This document shows positions 29,331 to 40,961 of a DNA stretch of 64,000 nt, in pieces (position 1 is the stretch's first letter; each line of letters begins with the position of its first letter). Under the pieces are notes generated by a model. The model ran no database searches, was not told the origin of the DNA, and saw nothing but the letters and a program-made list of their open reading frames with translations. Origin of the DNA: an uncultured Actinomycetota bacterium (GTDB taxonomy: Bacteria > Actinomycetota > Actinomycetes > Mycobacteriales > CADCTP01); contig CAWDLH010000008.1 of assembly GCA_963803135.1 (NCBI GenBank), positions 957,732-1,021,731 of the forward strand, given 5' to 3'. The position numbers were made by a program, and so were the translations under genes.

Positions 29331-31802
29331 CTAGCTGCGCAGCACGGCGCCGGTCCGGCGGCCGGCTTCGGCCACCGCGGCATCGCGCGCCACCGCGGCC
29401 TCCTCGACGGTCAGCGTCCGGTCCGGCGCCCGGAACCGCAGCGCGTATGCGAGCGAGCGCACGTCGGGCCCCAGCCGCTCCGGGTCGGTGTAGACGTCGA
29501 ACAGCCGCAGCGACTCCAGCAGCGAACCGGCGCCGTCCCGCAGCGCGTCGGCCACCGACGCGGCCGGCACTGCGGTCGGGACCACCAGCGCCACGTCGAG
29601 CAGCGCCGGCGGGTAGTTCGACAGCGCGGGCGCGCGCACCGGCCCGCCGATGCCGAGCGCGCCGAGGTCCAGCTCCGTCGCGCAGGTCCGCTCGGGCAGC
29701 TCCAGCGCCGCGACGGCCCGCGGGTGCAGCTCCCCGGCGTATCCGACCACGGTCCCGCCGGCCAGCAGTGCCGCGCACCGGCCGGGATGCCAGGGCGCCT
29801 GCCGGGCCGCCCGCACGGTCAGCGGCACCTTCGACACCCGGGCCACCTCGCGGGCCACCTCGATCGCGTCCGCCCAGCCTGCCGGGCGCCCCGGGCCCCA
29901 CCAGCCGGCCGGCTCCAGGTTGCCGGCCAGCACCGCGCCGAGGTGGGTCGGCTGGTCGGGGACGCCGGCCGCCAGCGCGGCCAGCTCTTCGTCGGTCGGC
30001 CGCCGGGACACGCCGACCACCGGCAGCGGCGGCAGCGTCTCCGCCGGCAGGAAGACCAGGCCCGTCTCGAACAGGGCGACGTCGCGCTGGCCGCGGCCGA
30101 CGTTGCGGCGCAAGGCGGCGAGCAGGCCCGGCAGCAGCGTGGTGCGCAGCTCCGGCTCGGCCTCGGACAGCGGGTTGACCAGCCGTAGTGCCCGCCGCCG
30201 CGGGTCGTCCTCGGAGAGGCCGAGCTGGTCCCACGCGGACGGCGCGACGAACGGGTACGTCAGCACCTCGACCAGACCGGAATCGGCCAGCGCCCGGCCG
30301 ACCGACCGGCGTACCCGCTGCCGCTCGGTGAGCCCGGTGCCGGCCGGCGGGGTCGGCAGCACCGACGGGATCGACTCGTACCCCTCCAGCCGGACCACGT
30401 CCTCGACCAGGTCCGCCGGGTCGACCAGGTCGTCCCGCCAGGACGGCGGCTGCACCGTGAGCAGCCCACCGGGCGCCGCGGTCACCGCGCAGCCGATCTG
30501 CTCCAGCCGCGCCCGCACCACCTCGGGCCGGATCGGCATGCCGGCCGTGCGCTCCGGCAGGTCGGCCGCCATCGTCACGGTCACCGGCACCGGGCCGGGG
30601 CCGGCCACGGTCAGCCCCCGGTCGGCGCCGGCGCCGCCGAGCTCGGCCAGCAGTGCAGCGGCCCGGGCCAGCGCCGGCCCGGCCACCAGCGGGTCGACCC
30701 CGCGCTCGAACCGCTTGGACGCCTCGCTGGGCAGCCGGTGCCGGCGGATGCCCCGGGAGATCGTCGCCGGCTCCCAGTGCGCCGCTTCCAGCACCACGTC
30801 GGTCGTCGCCGGTCCGATCTCGGTCGCCGCGCCGCCCATGATCCCGGCCAGCGCGATCGGACCGGACTCGTCGGTGACGAGCAGGTCGTCCGGGTCGAGC
30901 GTGCGCCGCACCCCGTCCAGGGTCTCCAGCGCCTCGCCCGGCCGCGCCCGCCGCACGGTGATCGGGCCGGTGAGCCGGTCCCGGTCGAAGGCGTGCATCG
31001 GCTGGCCGGTCTCCAGCATCACGTAGTTGGTCACGTCGACGGCGAGCGAGATCGACCGGATGCCGGACAGGGTGAGCCGGCGCCGGATCTCCAGCGGCGT
31101 CGGCGCGGCCGGGTCGAGTCCGGTCACCGTCCGGGCCGAGAACAGGTCGCAGCCGACCGGGTCCTCGATGGCCACGGGCCACCCGGCGTCGTCCGGCGGC
31201 GGGACCGGCACCGCCGCCGGGTCCGCGTACGGCGCGTCGAAGGCGTGCCCGAGCTCGCGGGCGACCCCGCGCACCGACGTCTGGTATCCGCGGTCGGGCG
31301 TGGTCTCCAGGTCGAGCACGACGTCGCGCAGCTGGAGCAGCTCGATCGCGTCGGTGCCGAGCGGCGCCCGGCCGGGCGGCAGCACGAGGATCCCGGTGTG
31401 GTCGTCGCCGACCCCCAGCTCCCGGGTCGAGCAGATCATCCCGTCCGAGACGTGCCCGTACGTCTTGCGCGCCGTGATCGCGAACCCGCCGGGCAGCACC
31501 GCGCCCGGCAGCGCGACCACGACCAGGTCTCCGGCGGCGAAGTTGCGGGCGCCGCAGATGATCCCGCGCGGTCGGTCGCCGACGTCGACCTGGCACCACC
31601 GGATCGTCTTGCCGTTGCTCGCGGTGAACTCCTCGAACTCCAGCACCCGGCCGACCACGACCGGCCCGGCCAGGTCGGCGCCGACCTCGTCGATCGCGTT
31701 GACCTCGATGCCGAGCCGGACCAGCCCACCGGCCACGTCCCGCGGCGTCAGCGACTCCGGCAGCGCGACGTGCTCGCGCAGCCAGGACAGCGGCAGGCGC
31801 AC
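29331..31802 (-). CDS. pheT: Phenylalanine--tRNA ligase beta subunit
   Basis: 823 aa. MRLPLSWLREHV... N-terminus, with tRNA-binding, B3/4 and B5 domain order. Follows pheS with a 3-nt gap. Confidence 0.97.
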   Translation of the reverse strand: MRLPLSWLREHVALPESLTPRDVAGGLVRLGIEVNAIDEVGADLAGPVVVGRVLEFEEFTASNGKTIRWCQVDVGDRPRGIICGARNFAAGDLVVVALPGAVLPGGFAITARKTYGHVSDGMICSTRELGVGDDHTGILVLPPGRAPLGTDAIELLQLRDVVLDLETTPDRGYQTSVRGVARELGHAFDAPYADPAAVPVPPPDDAGWPVAIEDPVGCDLFSARTVTGLDPAAPTPLEIRRRLTLSGIRSISLAVDVTNYVMLETGQPMHAFDRDRLTGPITVRRARPGEALETLDGVRRTLDPDDLLVTDESGPIALAGIMGGAATEIGPATTDVVLEAAHWEPATISRGIRRHRLPSEASKRFERGVDPLVAGPALARAAALLAELGGAGADRGLTVAGPGPVPVTVTMAADLPERTAGMPIRPEVVRARLEQIGCAVTAAPGGLLTVQPPSWRDDLVDPADLVEDVVRLEGYESIPSVLPTPPAGTGLTERQRVRRSVGRALADSGLVEVLTYPFVAPSAWDQLGLSEDDPRRRALRLVNPLSEAEPELRTTLLPGLLAALRRNVGRGQRDVALFETGLVFLPAETLPPLPVVGVSRRPTDEELAALAAGVPDQPTHLGAVLAGNLEPAGWWGPGRPAGWADAIEVAREVARVSKVPLTVRAARQAPWHPGRCAALLAGGTVVGYAGELHPRAVAALELPERTCATELDLGALGIGGPVRAPALSNYPPALLDVALVVPTAVPAASVADALRDGAGSLLESLRLFDVYTDPERLGPDVRSLAYALRFRAPDRTLTVEEAAVARDAAVAEAGRRTGAVLRS

Positions 31803-31805
31803 CGG

Positions 31806-33985
<2,180 letters not shown>

Positions 33986-34014
33986 CCGCGCTCCCCCTCG
34001 CTGCCCCTGGTGAT

Positions 34015-34854
34015 CTAGGGGATAGCACGCCTGCCCGGGACCGCGCCACCGGACAGGCGGTGGGCCGTCGCCGATGCAAACAGACAAACGGCCGCAGCGG
34101 CGGCCAGGTTCAGGCTCTCCGCCCGCGGCGAGATCGCGATCCGGACCCTGACGTCGGCCAGCGCGCCGGTCCGCGCCGGCAGGCCCCAGGCCTCGTTGCC
34201 GAACAGCCAGGCGGTCGGGCCGGCCAGCTCCGGCAGGTCGGTCAGCTCGCGCTCGCCGGCTCCGTCGGCGGCCAGCACGGTCAGGCCGGCGGCGCGGGCC
34301 GCGGCCAGCGCGCCGGCCAGCGCGGCCCCGCGTACGACCGGCAGGTGGAACAGCGAGCCGGCGCTGGCCCGCACGGTCTTGCCGTTGTACGGGTCGACGC
34401 TGTCGCCGGCCAGCACGACCGCGTCGGCGCCGGCCGCGTCGGCGCTGCGCAGCACGGTGCCGGCGTTGCCGGGATCGCGGACGTCGGCGAGGACGGCGAC
34501 CAGGCGCGGGGTGCCGGCCAGGGCGGCCTCCAGCGGGACGTCGAGGGCCGGGCAGACCGCGACGATGCCCTGCGGGGTGGCGGTCTCGGAGAGTGCGGCG
34601 GCGGCGCGCTCGGTCACCGCGGAGACGGGTACGCCGGCCGCGTGCGCGCGGTCGAGCAGGTCGGCGTGCCGGCCGGCGGCGACATCGGTGACGAACAGCT
34701 CGCGCGGCGGCGGGTCGTGGGTGAGCGCCTCCCGCACCGCCTGCGGTCCCTCGGCCAGGAACTCCCCCGCCGCGTCCCGCCCCGCCCGCCGGGTCAGCTT
34801 CCGCGCCGCCACGACCCGGGCCGTCCGCTCCGTGAACACGGTCATGACCCGCAC
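34015..34854 (-). CDS. TrmH/SpoU-family RNA 2'-O-methyltransferase
   Basis: ...VAVLADVRDPGNAGTVLRSADAAGA...LFGNEAWGLP...ISPRAESLNLAAAAAVCLF (SpoU motifs). Confidence 0.88.
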   Translation of the reverse strand: MRVMTVFTERTARVVAARKLTRRAGRDAAGEFLAEGPQAVREALTHDPPPRELFVTDVAAGRHADLLDRAHAAGVPVSAVTERAAAALSETATPQGIVAVCPALDVPLEAALAGTPRLVAVLADVRDPGNAGTVLRSADAAGADAVVLAGDSVDPYNGKTVRASAGSLFHLPVVRGAALAGALAAARAAGLTVLAADGAGERELTDLPELAGPTAWLFGNEAWGLPARTGALADVRVRIAISPRAESLNLAAAAAVCLFASATAHRLSGGAVPGRRAIP

Positions 34855-34912
34855 AGCGCGACGCCGCGCCGGCCCCGGAAGGGCGGCGCGGCGTCGAGGC
34901 CGGGGCGCAAGC

Positions 34913-35287
34913 TCAGGCGGCGGACTCGGCGGCCGGCAGCGCCGCCTGCGCGGTACGCACCAGCGCGGCGAACGCGGTCGGGTCGGTGACCGCCAGGTCG
35001 GCCAGCACCTTCCGGTCGACCTCGAGCCCGGCGGCCTTGAGCCCCTGCACGAACCGGTTGTAGGTCATCCCGTTCGCCCGGGCCGCGGCGTTGATCCGGG
35101 TGATCCACAGCTGGCGGAAGTCGCCCTTGCGGGCCCGCCGGTCGCGGAAGGCGTAGTTGCCGGAGTGGAGCAGCTGCTCCTTCGCCTTCCGGTACAGCCG
35201 GGACCGCTGCCCGCGGTAGCCGCTGGCCGCCTCCAGCGTCGTCCGGCGCTTCTTCTGGGCGTTGATCGCCCGCTTCACGCGTGCCAC
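34913..35287 (-). CDS. rplT: 50S ribosomal protein L20
   Basis: [15 protein letters not shown]...[36 protein letters not shown]. Confidence 0.98.
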   Translation of the reverse strand: MARVKRAINAQKKRRTTLEAASGYRGQRSRLYRKAKEQLLHSGNYAFRDRRARKGDFRQLWITRINAAARANGMTYNRFVQGLKAAGLEVDRKVLADLAVTDPTAFAALVRTAQAALPAAESAA

Positions 35288-35349
35288 TGGTTCTTCCTCG
35301 TCGTCAGGCGCCGCACCGGGTCACGGAGCGGCGAAGTTGGTCAGGACGG

Positions 35350-35544
35350 TCAGCGACCGAGCAGCTTCCGGACGCGCTTGAGGTCCGCGGGGGCGATGTC
35401 GGTCGTGCCGTCCAGCCGGCGGGTGCGGGTGCTCGGCTTGTGCTCGAGCTGGTGACGGCGGTTGGTGTGCTGGCGCCGCAGCTTGCCGCCACCGGTGACC
35501 CGGACCCGCTTGGCGGTGCCGCTGTGCGTCTTGTTCTTCGGCAT
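35350..35544 (-). CDS. rpmI: 50S ribosomal protein L35
   Basis: [31 protein letters not shown]... Confidence 0.98.
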   Translation of the reverse strand: MPKNKTHSGTAKRVRVTGGGKLRRQHTNRRHQLEHKPSTRTRRLDGTTDIAPADLKRVRKLLGR

Positions 35545-35612
35545 GGTGAAGTGGTTCTCCTCGCAGGGACGCGCCCGGGGGCGCGTCAGGTGTCAGCCGA
35601 CCCGGGCTCGGG

Positions 35613-36179
35613 TCAGCCGGCGGTCTCGGGCTGGGGCGACGGCTCGCGCGAGGCGCGCACGACCTTGGCGTTCTTGTGCGGGGCCACGACCATGACCATG
35701 TTGCGGCCGTCCTGCTTCGGCGAGGACTCCACGAAGCCGAGCTCCTGGATGTCGTCGGCCAGCCGCTGCAACAGCCGGAAGCCGAGCTCGGGCCGCGACT
35801 GCTCGCGTCCGCGGAACATGATGGTGACCTTGACCTTGTCGCCCTGACGCAGGAACCGCTCGACGTGACCCTTCTTGGTCGAGTAGTCGTGCGGGTCGAT
35901 CTTCGGCCGGAGCTTCATCTCCTTGATGACGGTGAGGGCCTGGTTGCGGCGGGCCTCACGCGCCTTCTGCGCGCTCTCGTACTTGAACTTGCCGTAGTCC
36001 ATGAGCTTGGCGACCGGCGGCCGGGCCATCGGAGCGACCTCGACCAGGTCGAGCTCGGATTCCTGGGCCAGGCGGAGCGCATCCTCGATGCGCACGATGC
36101 CGACCTGCTCCCCCTCTGGACCGACGAGCCGCACTTCGGGGACGCGGATCCGGTCGTTGATGCGGGGCTCAGTACTGAT
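35613..36179 (-). CDS. infC: Translation initiation factor IF-3 (ATC start codon)
   Basis: The conserved N-terminus [20 protein letters not shown] lies upstream of the track's GTG 36134. AAGGAGG-CCCC-ATC places the start at 36179. No ATG, GTG or TTG is available upstream. Confidence 0.95.
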   Translation of the reverse strand: MSTEPRINDRIRVPEVRLVGPEGEQVGIVRIEDALRLAQESELDLVEVAPMARPPVAKLMDYGKFKYESAQKAREARRNQALTVIKEMKLRPKIDPHDYSTKKGHVERFLRQGDKVKVTIMFRGREQSRPELGFRLLQRLADDIQELGFVESSPKQDGRNMVMVVAPHKNAKVVRASREPSPQPETAG

Positions 36180-36345
36180 GGGGCCTCCTTGGTGAGCGGT
36201 CGGGAACGCTGCTCACGAAGGCCACTCTCGACCGGTCAGGAGGCTGCGAATGCGCCTCCACCGCCGCCACGCCGGAGCGCCGCGACGGGACCGGACCCGG
36301 CCGCCTCCCGGCAGCTCGGGTGGGAGCGTGAACTCCGCTTGCACA

Positions 36346-36364
36346 CCTCTGCACCAGGCAGAGG
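36346..36364 (-). terminator. Hairpin 14 nt after the PH-domain gene stop
   Basis: Minus strand CCTCTGC-CTGGT-GCAGAGG (perfect 7-bp stem) followed by TGTGCAAGC (weak U-tract). Confidence 0.4.
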
Positions 36365-36377
36365 CTGGTCGTCCCCC

Positions 36378-36848
36378 TCAGGTTACCCCATGTGAACGCG
36401 GGGAGGGGCCCCGGCCTTCCCCGGCGCCGTGCCGGGCCTGCAGCGCCCGCAGCGCCCGGACGGTGGCGACGGCGCGCCGGCCGTCGGCGGACTGCACCGC
36501 GAGTACGGCGATCTGGTCGTCGTCGGCCAGGTCGAGGATCGCCCAGGGCGAGCCGTCCGGGAACGAGACGGCCCGCACCACCTCCCACGGCACGTCCTTG
36601 GTGGTGAAGACGTTGCGCACCCGTAGGCCCTGGAGGTCGGCGACCACGGCCGGTCGGGCCAGCAGCAGCACGCCGCCCGCGACGAGCAGGCCGAGCAGCA
36701 CCATCGCGACCTGGTCGCCGGGGCCGAACACGACGCCCTCGCTGGACGTGTGCCCGAGCAGGACCGCGATCACGGCGAACAGGGCGACCACGACGACCGC
36801 GATGCCGGCCGCGACCCGGCGCAGCCGCACCGGCCGCGCCCGCACCAC
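36378..36848 (-). CDS. Membrane-anchored bacterial PH-domain protein (cf. mycobacterial CFP-6 type)
   Basis: Two TM helices, then LQGLRVRNVFTTKDVPWEVVRAVSFPDGSPWAILDLADDDQIAVLAVQ. The start is given as GTG 36848, but an upstream repeat ORF may once have been fused to it (see findings). Confidence 0.7.
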   Translation of the reverse strand: MVRARPVRLRRVAAGIAVVVVALFAVIAVLLGHTSSEGVVFGPGDQVAMVLLGLLVAGGVLLLARPAVVADLQGLRVRNVFTTKDVPWEVVRAVSFPDGSPWAILDLADDDQIAVLAVQSADGRRAVATVRALRALQARHGAGEGRGPSPRSHGVT

Positions 36849-36884
36849 GTCGGCTCCGGTCGACCGCCCGCCGTCCGTCCCGAC

Positions 36885-37140
36885 GCGCGCTCCGGCGTCC
36901 CGCCCGGCGGCCGGCTCGGCGTCCCGCCCGGCGGCCGGCTCGCGTCCCGCCCGGCGGCGGCTCGCGTCCCGCCCGGCGGCCGGCTCGGCGTCCGTCCCGA
37001 CGCGCGCTCCGGCGTCCCGCCGGCGTCCCGCCCGGCGGCCCGCTCGGCGGCCGGCTCGGCGTCCCGCCCGGCGGCCGGCTCGGCGTCCCGCCCGGCGGCC
37101 GGCCCGGCGTCCCGCCCGGCGGCCGGCCCGGCGTCGCGGT
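36885..37140. repeat. 24-nt-based tandem repeat (encodes DA(E/G)PAAGR on the minus strand) with indel variants
   Basis: The unit (plus strand) CCGCCCGGCGGCCGGCTCGGCGTC is repeated. Variant units of 22 and 23 nt occur. An 11-nt direct duplication GGCGTCCCGCC lies at 37011-37021 / 37022-37032. Confidence 0.85.
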
Positions 37141-37254
37141 CGGCACCGGGGCTGTCGACCGGCGGGCGCGACCGCCGGGCGTCGCGCCCGGGGTCGCTGG
37201 TCGGCTCGGCCACGGGTCCATAGTGCCCCTCGCGACCGTGGCGGTCCGGCCGGG

Positions 37255-37917
37255 TCAGGTGGGGTCGGCCTGGAGGCCGGACTCGATGGCGAACACCACG
37301 AGCTGGGCCCGGTCGCGGGCGCCGAGCTTCAGCATCGCCCGGCTCACGTGCGTCCGTACCGTGGCCGGGCTGACCACCAGCGCGTCGGCGATCTCGTCGT
37401 TGGACCGCCCGGTCGCCACCCAGCCCACCATCTCCCGCTCCCGGTCGGTCAGGTCCTTGATCCGCGGGTGCGGTGCCGCCCGCCGCCCGGTGGCGAACTC
37501 CGAGATCACCCGGCGGGTCACGCTCGGCGAGAGCAGCGAGCCGCCGTCGGCGACCACGTGCACCGCCCGCAGCAGCTCGGCCGGGTGGGCGTCCTTGAGC
37601 ACGAATCCGCTCGCCCCGCCGGCCAGCGCCTCGAAGACGTACTCGTCGAGCTCGAACGTGGTGAGCACGATGACCTTGACCTTGGTCAGCCTGGGGTCGG
37701 CGGTGATCTCGCGCAGCGCGGCCAGCCCGTCGAGCACCGGCATCCGCACGTCCATCAGCACCACGTCCGGGACCGTGCGCCGGATCGCGGCCAGCCCGGC
37801 CCGGCCGTCGTCGGCCTCGGCGACCAGCTCGGTGTCCGGCTCGGTCTCGAACAGCGCCCGCAGCCCCATCCGGACCAGCGCCTGGTCGTCGACCACGACG
37901 ACGCGGATCGGGCTCAT
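37255..37917 (-). CDS. NarL/LuxR-family response regulator
   Basis: IRVVVVDDQALVRMGL...DVVLMDVRMPVLDG...C-terminal LuxR HTH LTDREREMVGWVATGRSNDEIADALVVSPATVRTHV. ATGA overlap with the kinase gene. Confidence 0.92.
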   Translation of the reverse strand: MSPIRVVVVDDQALVRMGLRALFETEPDTELVAEADDGRAGLAAIRRTVPDVVLMDVRMPVLDGLAALREITADPRLTKVKVIVLTTFELDEYVFEALAGGASGFVLKDAHPAELLRAVHVVADGGSLLSPSVTRRVISEFATGRRAAPHPRIKDLTDREREMVGWVATGRSNDEIADALVVSPATVRTHVSRAMLKLGARDRAQLVVFAIESGLQADPT

Positions 37918-39026
37918 GCCGGCAACTCCGCCCGCACCAGGAAACCTCCGCCCTCCCGCGGGCCGGCCGACAGCCGCCCGCCGACCGACTCGGCCCGCCG
38001 GCGCATGCCGGCGATCCCGCTGCCGCCCCGGCCGTCGCCCGGGCCGCTGCCCCGATCGGCCACCTCGACGTGCACCGCCCCGTCCACGCAGACCTGTACG
38101 GAGGCCTCCGCGGTGCCGGCGTGCCGCAGCACGTTGGTCAGCGACTCCTGCACGATCCGGTACGCGACGGCGCCGACCTCGGGCGGCACCGCGTCGTCCT
38201 CCGGCAGCGTCACCGACAGCCGCAGCCCGCCGTCGCGCATCCGGTCCAGCAGCAGCGGCAGGTCGGCCAGGCCCGGCGCGGGGCGGCGGGCGGCCTCGTC
38301 GGCCGGCGAGCGCATCCGCTCCAGGTCGGCGCGCAGCCCGTCGAGCGCCTCCCGGCTGGTGGCGGCGACGGTCGACATCAGCTCGCGGGCCCGGTCCGGG
38401 TCGCGGTCGAGCACGTGCGCGGCCACCCCGGCGTGCATGGCGATCACCGCGAGGCTGTGCCCGACGCCGTCGTGCACGTCCTGGGCCATCGCCAGCCGCT
38501 CCTCGCTCACCGCGCGCCGGGCGATCTCGGCCCGGGCAGCCGCCTCGGACCGGGCCCGGGCGGCCAGCGCGAAGCCGACCGCGGCCCCGGCGGCGACGGC
38601 GGCGACCATGGCCGCGCCCCACACCAGCAGGCCCGCCCAGCCGTTCCGGTGCACGTGCCCCGGGCCGGCGCCGGCGAGCAGGGCCACCAGGAAGCCGGCC
38701 AGCCAGGGCACGGCCCGCCGCAACGGCATGCTCGCGGCCAGGCACCAGGCCCAGATCGGCCCGACGAACAGGATCGGCCCGTACGGCTCGCCGGTGCCGA
38801 AGTAGACCCCGGTGGCGACCGCGGCGATCGTGACCCCGGCCAGTGGGGCGCGGCGGCGCAGCAGCAGGCTCAGCGCCGCGACCGTGACCAGCAGGTAGCC
38901 GAGCGCGTCCGGGGGGTTGTCCTGGCTCGCGCCGGCCGGGTGGGTCCCGCCGAGGCAGACGACGAGCAGCGGCACCGCCGGGATCAGGATCCACCAGCGG
39001 TGCCAGCCGGTCCGGGCCGCCTCCAC
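37914..39026 (-). CDS. Sensor histidine kinase (HisKA_3 / DesK-NarX type)
   Basis: 4-5 TM helices, ERLAMAQDVHDGVGHSL (HisKA_3 H-box), VQESLTNVLRHAG, DRGSGPG. I place the start at GTG 39026. Confidence 0.88.
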   Translation of the reverse strand: MEAARTGWHRWWILIPAVPLLVVCLGGTHPAGASQDNPPDALGYLLVTVAALSLLLRRRAPLAGVTIAAVATGVYFGTGEPYGPILFVGPIWAWCLAASMPLRRAVPWLAGFLVALLAGAGPGHVHRNGWAGLLVWGAAMVAAVAAGAAVGFALAARARSEAAARAEIARRAVSEERLAMAQDVHDGVGHSLAVIAMHAGVAAHVLDRDPDRARELMSTVAATSREALDGLRADLERMRSPADEAARRPAPGLADLPLLLDRMRDGGLRLSVTLPEDDAVPPEVGAVAYRIVQESLTNVLRHAGTAEASVQVCVDGAVHVEVADRGSGPGDGRGGSGIAGMRRRAESVGGRLSAGPREGGGFLVRAELPA

Positions 39027-39156
39027 GTGCCGACCATAGGACGCCCGGTCGCGCGGCGCGTCCACACCGGGCCGCGGCCGGGTACGCGGATCTGCGTACC
39101 CGGGAGCCGTCGAGCGACCGACGACCGCAGCGGCGCGGCACCGAAGGATCGACGGC

Positions 39157-40068
39157 ATGGACGCGACGATCGTGAGCACGCAGCGGCTCACCAAGACATT
39201 CGGCCCGCGCACCGCGGTCGACGCGGTGGACCTGACCGTCCGCCGCGGCGAGGTGTACGGCTTCCTCGGCCCGAACGGCGCCGGGAAGACCACGACGCTG
39301 CGGGTGCTGCTCGGCCTGATCCGGCCGACCTCCGGCCGGGCGACCGTGCACGGGCTGCGGCCCGGCGACCCGGCGGCGGTGGCCAGGACCGGCTCGCTGG
39401 TCGAGGGGCCGGGCTTCTACCCGTACCTGTCCGGCCGGGAGAACCTCCGGGTGCTGGCCCGCTACCGCGGCCTCGGCGACCGGCAGGTCGACCGGGTGCT
39501 GGAGCGGGTCGACCTCACCGACCGCGCCGGCGACCGGTTCAAGACGTACTCGCTCGGCATGAAGCAGCGGCTCGGCGTGGCCGCGGCCCTGCTCGGCGAC
39601 CCGGACCTGCTGGTCCTCGACGAGCCCACCAACGGTCTCGACCCGGCCGGCATGGCCGACATGCGGGCGCTGCTGGTCGACGTGGCCGCCGGCGGGCAGA
39701 CCGTGCTGCTGTCCAGCCACCTGCTGGCCGAGGTGCAGGAGATCTGCGACCGGGTCGGGATCATCTCCGGCGGCCGGCTGCTGGTCGAGTCGACGGTGGC
39801 CGAGCTGCGCGGCGCCACCGGGATCCGGCTGGTCGCCGACCCGATCGACCGCGCACTGGCCGTCGCGATGAAGGTCGCCGGCGACGACGCGGTCGAGGTC
39901 GACGGCCCGGCGCTGCGGGTGTCCGGCCCGGCCGCGCAGGCCCCCGAGTTGGCCCGCGCGCTGGTCGGCGCCGGCATCGACATCACCGAGCTGACCCCGG
40001 TCGAGCGCTCGCTCGAGGACGTCTTCTTCGACCTGACCCGTACCGTTCCTGAGGAGGTGCCGGCATGA
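39157..40068 (+). CDS. ABC transporter ATP-binding protein
   Basis: Walker A GPNGAGKTT, signature YSLGMKQRL, Walker B LLVLDEPTNGLD. Divergent from the two-component system genes. Confidence 0.93.
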   Translation: MDATIVSTQRLTKTFGPRTAVDAVDLTVRRGEVYGFLGPNGAGKTTTLRVLLGLIRPTSGRATVHGLRPGDPAAVARTGSLVEGPGFYPYLSGRENLRVLARYRGLGDRQVDRVLERVDLTDRAGDRFKTYSLGMKQRLGVAAALLGDPDLLVLDEPTNGLDPAGMADMRALLVDVAAGGQTVLLSSHLLAEVQEICDRVGIISGGRLLVESTVAELRGATGIRLVADPIDRALAVAMKVAGDDAVEVDGPALRVSGPAAQAPELARALVGAGIDITELTPVERSLEDVFFDLTRTVPEEVPA

Positions 40069-40961
40069 CCGTGCTGGTGGAGGCGACCGCGACCGCGGCG
40101 CCCGCCCGGACCCGGGCCCTGCCCATCATCGATTCCACCCGGGCCGAGCTGCGCCGGATCCTGCGCTGGCCGGCCACCTGGGTGCTGGTCGGCGTCTGGC
40201 TCCTGCTGAACGCCCTGTTCGGCTACGTCTTCGACTGGATCAGCTACCGCACCGGCGAGACGACCGGGCCGGCGGACGCCGGGGTGCAGCTCAGCAGCCT
40301 GCTGCCGGCGGCGATCCCGGACCGGTTCGCCGACGGCATGCCGATGTTCGGCGGCGCGATCGTGATGATCCTCGGCGCGCTCGCCGTGGGCAGCGGCTAC
40401 GGCTGGGGCACCTGGAAGACCGTCTACACCCAGGGCCCGTCCCGGGCGGCCTCGTTCGGCGGCACACTGGTCGCGCTGCTGGTGCTGGTGGCCGGTCTGG
40501 TGCTGGCCACGGTCGGGCTCGACCTCGGGCTCTCCGCGCTGGTCGCGGCCGTCGAGGGCGGTTCGACGGCGCTGCCCGCGATCGGAGCGCTGGCCACCTC
40601 GTACGGCGGCGGCCTGCTGATCCTCGGCATGTGGGGCGCCGGCGGCGTGCTGCTCGGCGTGCTGGCCCGCGGGCCGGCGCTGGCGGTCGGGCTCGGCCTG
40701 GTCTGGTCGCTGGTGGTGGAGAACCTCCTGCGCGGTGTCGCGAACGCCCTGCCGGCGATCGAGGGGGTCACGAACCGGATGCCCGGCTCGGCGGCCGGTT
40801 CGGTGGCCGGTGCGCTCGGCGGCGCCGACGTGGCCGACGGCGGCGCCCCGGGCGTGCTGCACGTGCTGTCCGGGCCGGCCGCGGCCGGGCTGACGGCCGG
40901 CTACCTGGTGATCTTCGTGGCCGTGGCGCTGGCGCTGGTGACCCGGCGCGACCTGCTCTGA
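40065..40961 (+). CDS. ABC-2-type transporter permease
   Basis: 298 aa, about 6 TM helices. ATGA overlap with the ATPase gene. Confidence 0.8.
   Translation: MTVLVEATATAAPARTRALPIIDSTRAELRRILRWPATWVLVGVWLLLNALFGYVFDWISYRTGETTGPADAGVQLSSLLPAAIPDRFADGMPMFGGAIVMILGALAVGSGYGWGTWKTVYTQGPSRAASFGGTLVALLVLVAGLVLATVGLDLGLSALVAAVEGGSTALPAIGALATSYGGGLLILGMWGAGGVLLGVLARGPALAVGLGLVWSLVVENLLRGVANALPAIEGVTNRMPGSAAGSVAGALGGADVADGGAPGVLHVLSGPAAAGLTAGYLVIFVAVALALVTRRDLL

Noticed and set aside
40901-40961. 61-nt convergent overlap between the ABC-2 permease and DMT transporter 3' ends.
   Set aside because: Probably just late stop codons in GC-rich DNA. The overlapped parts are non-conserved hydrophilic tails, with no evidence of functional antisense coupling.
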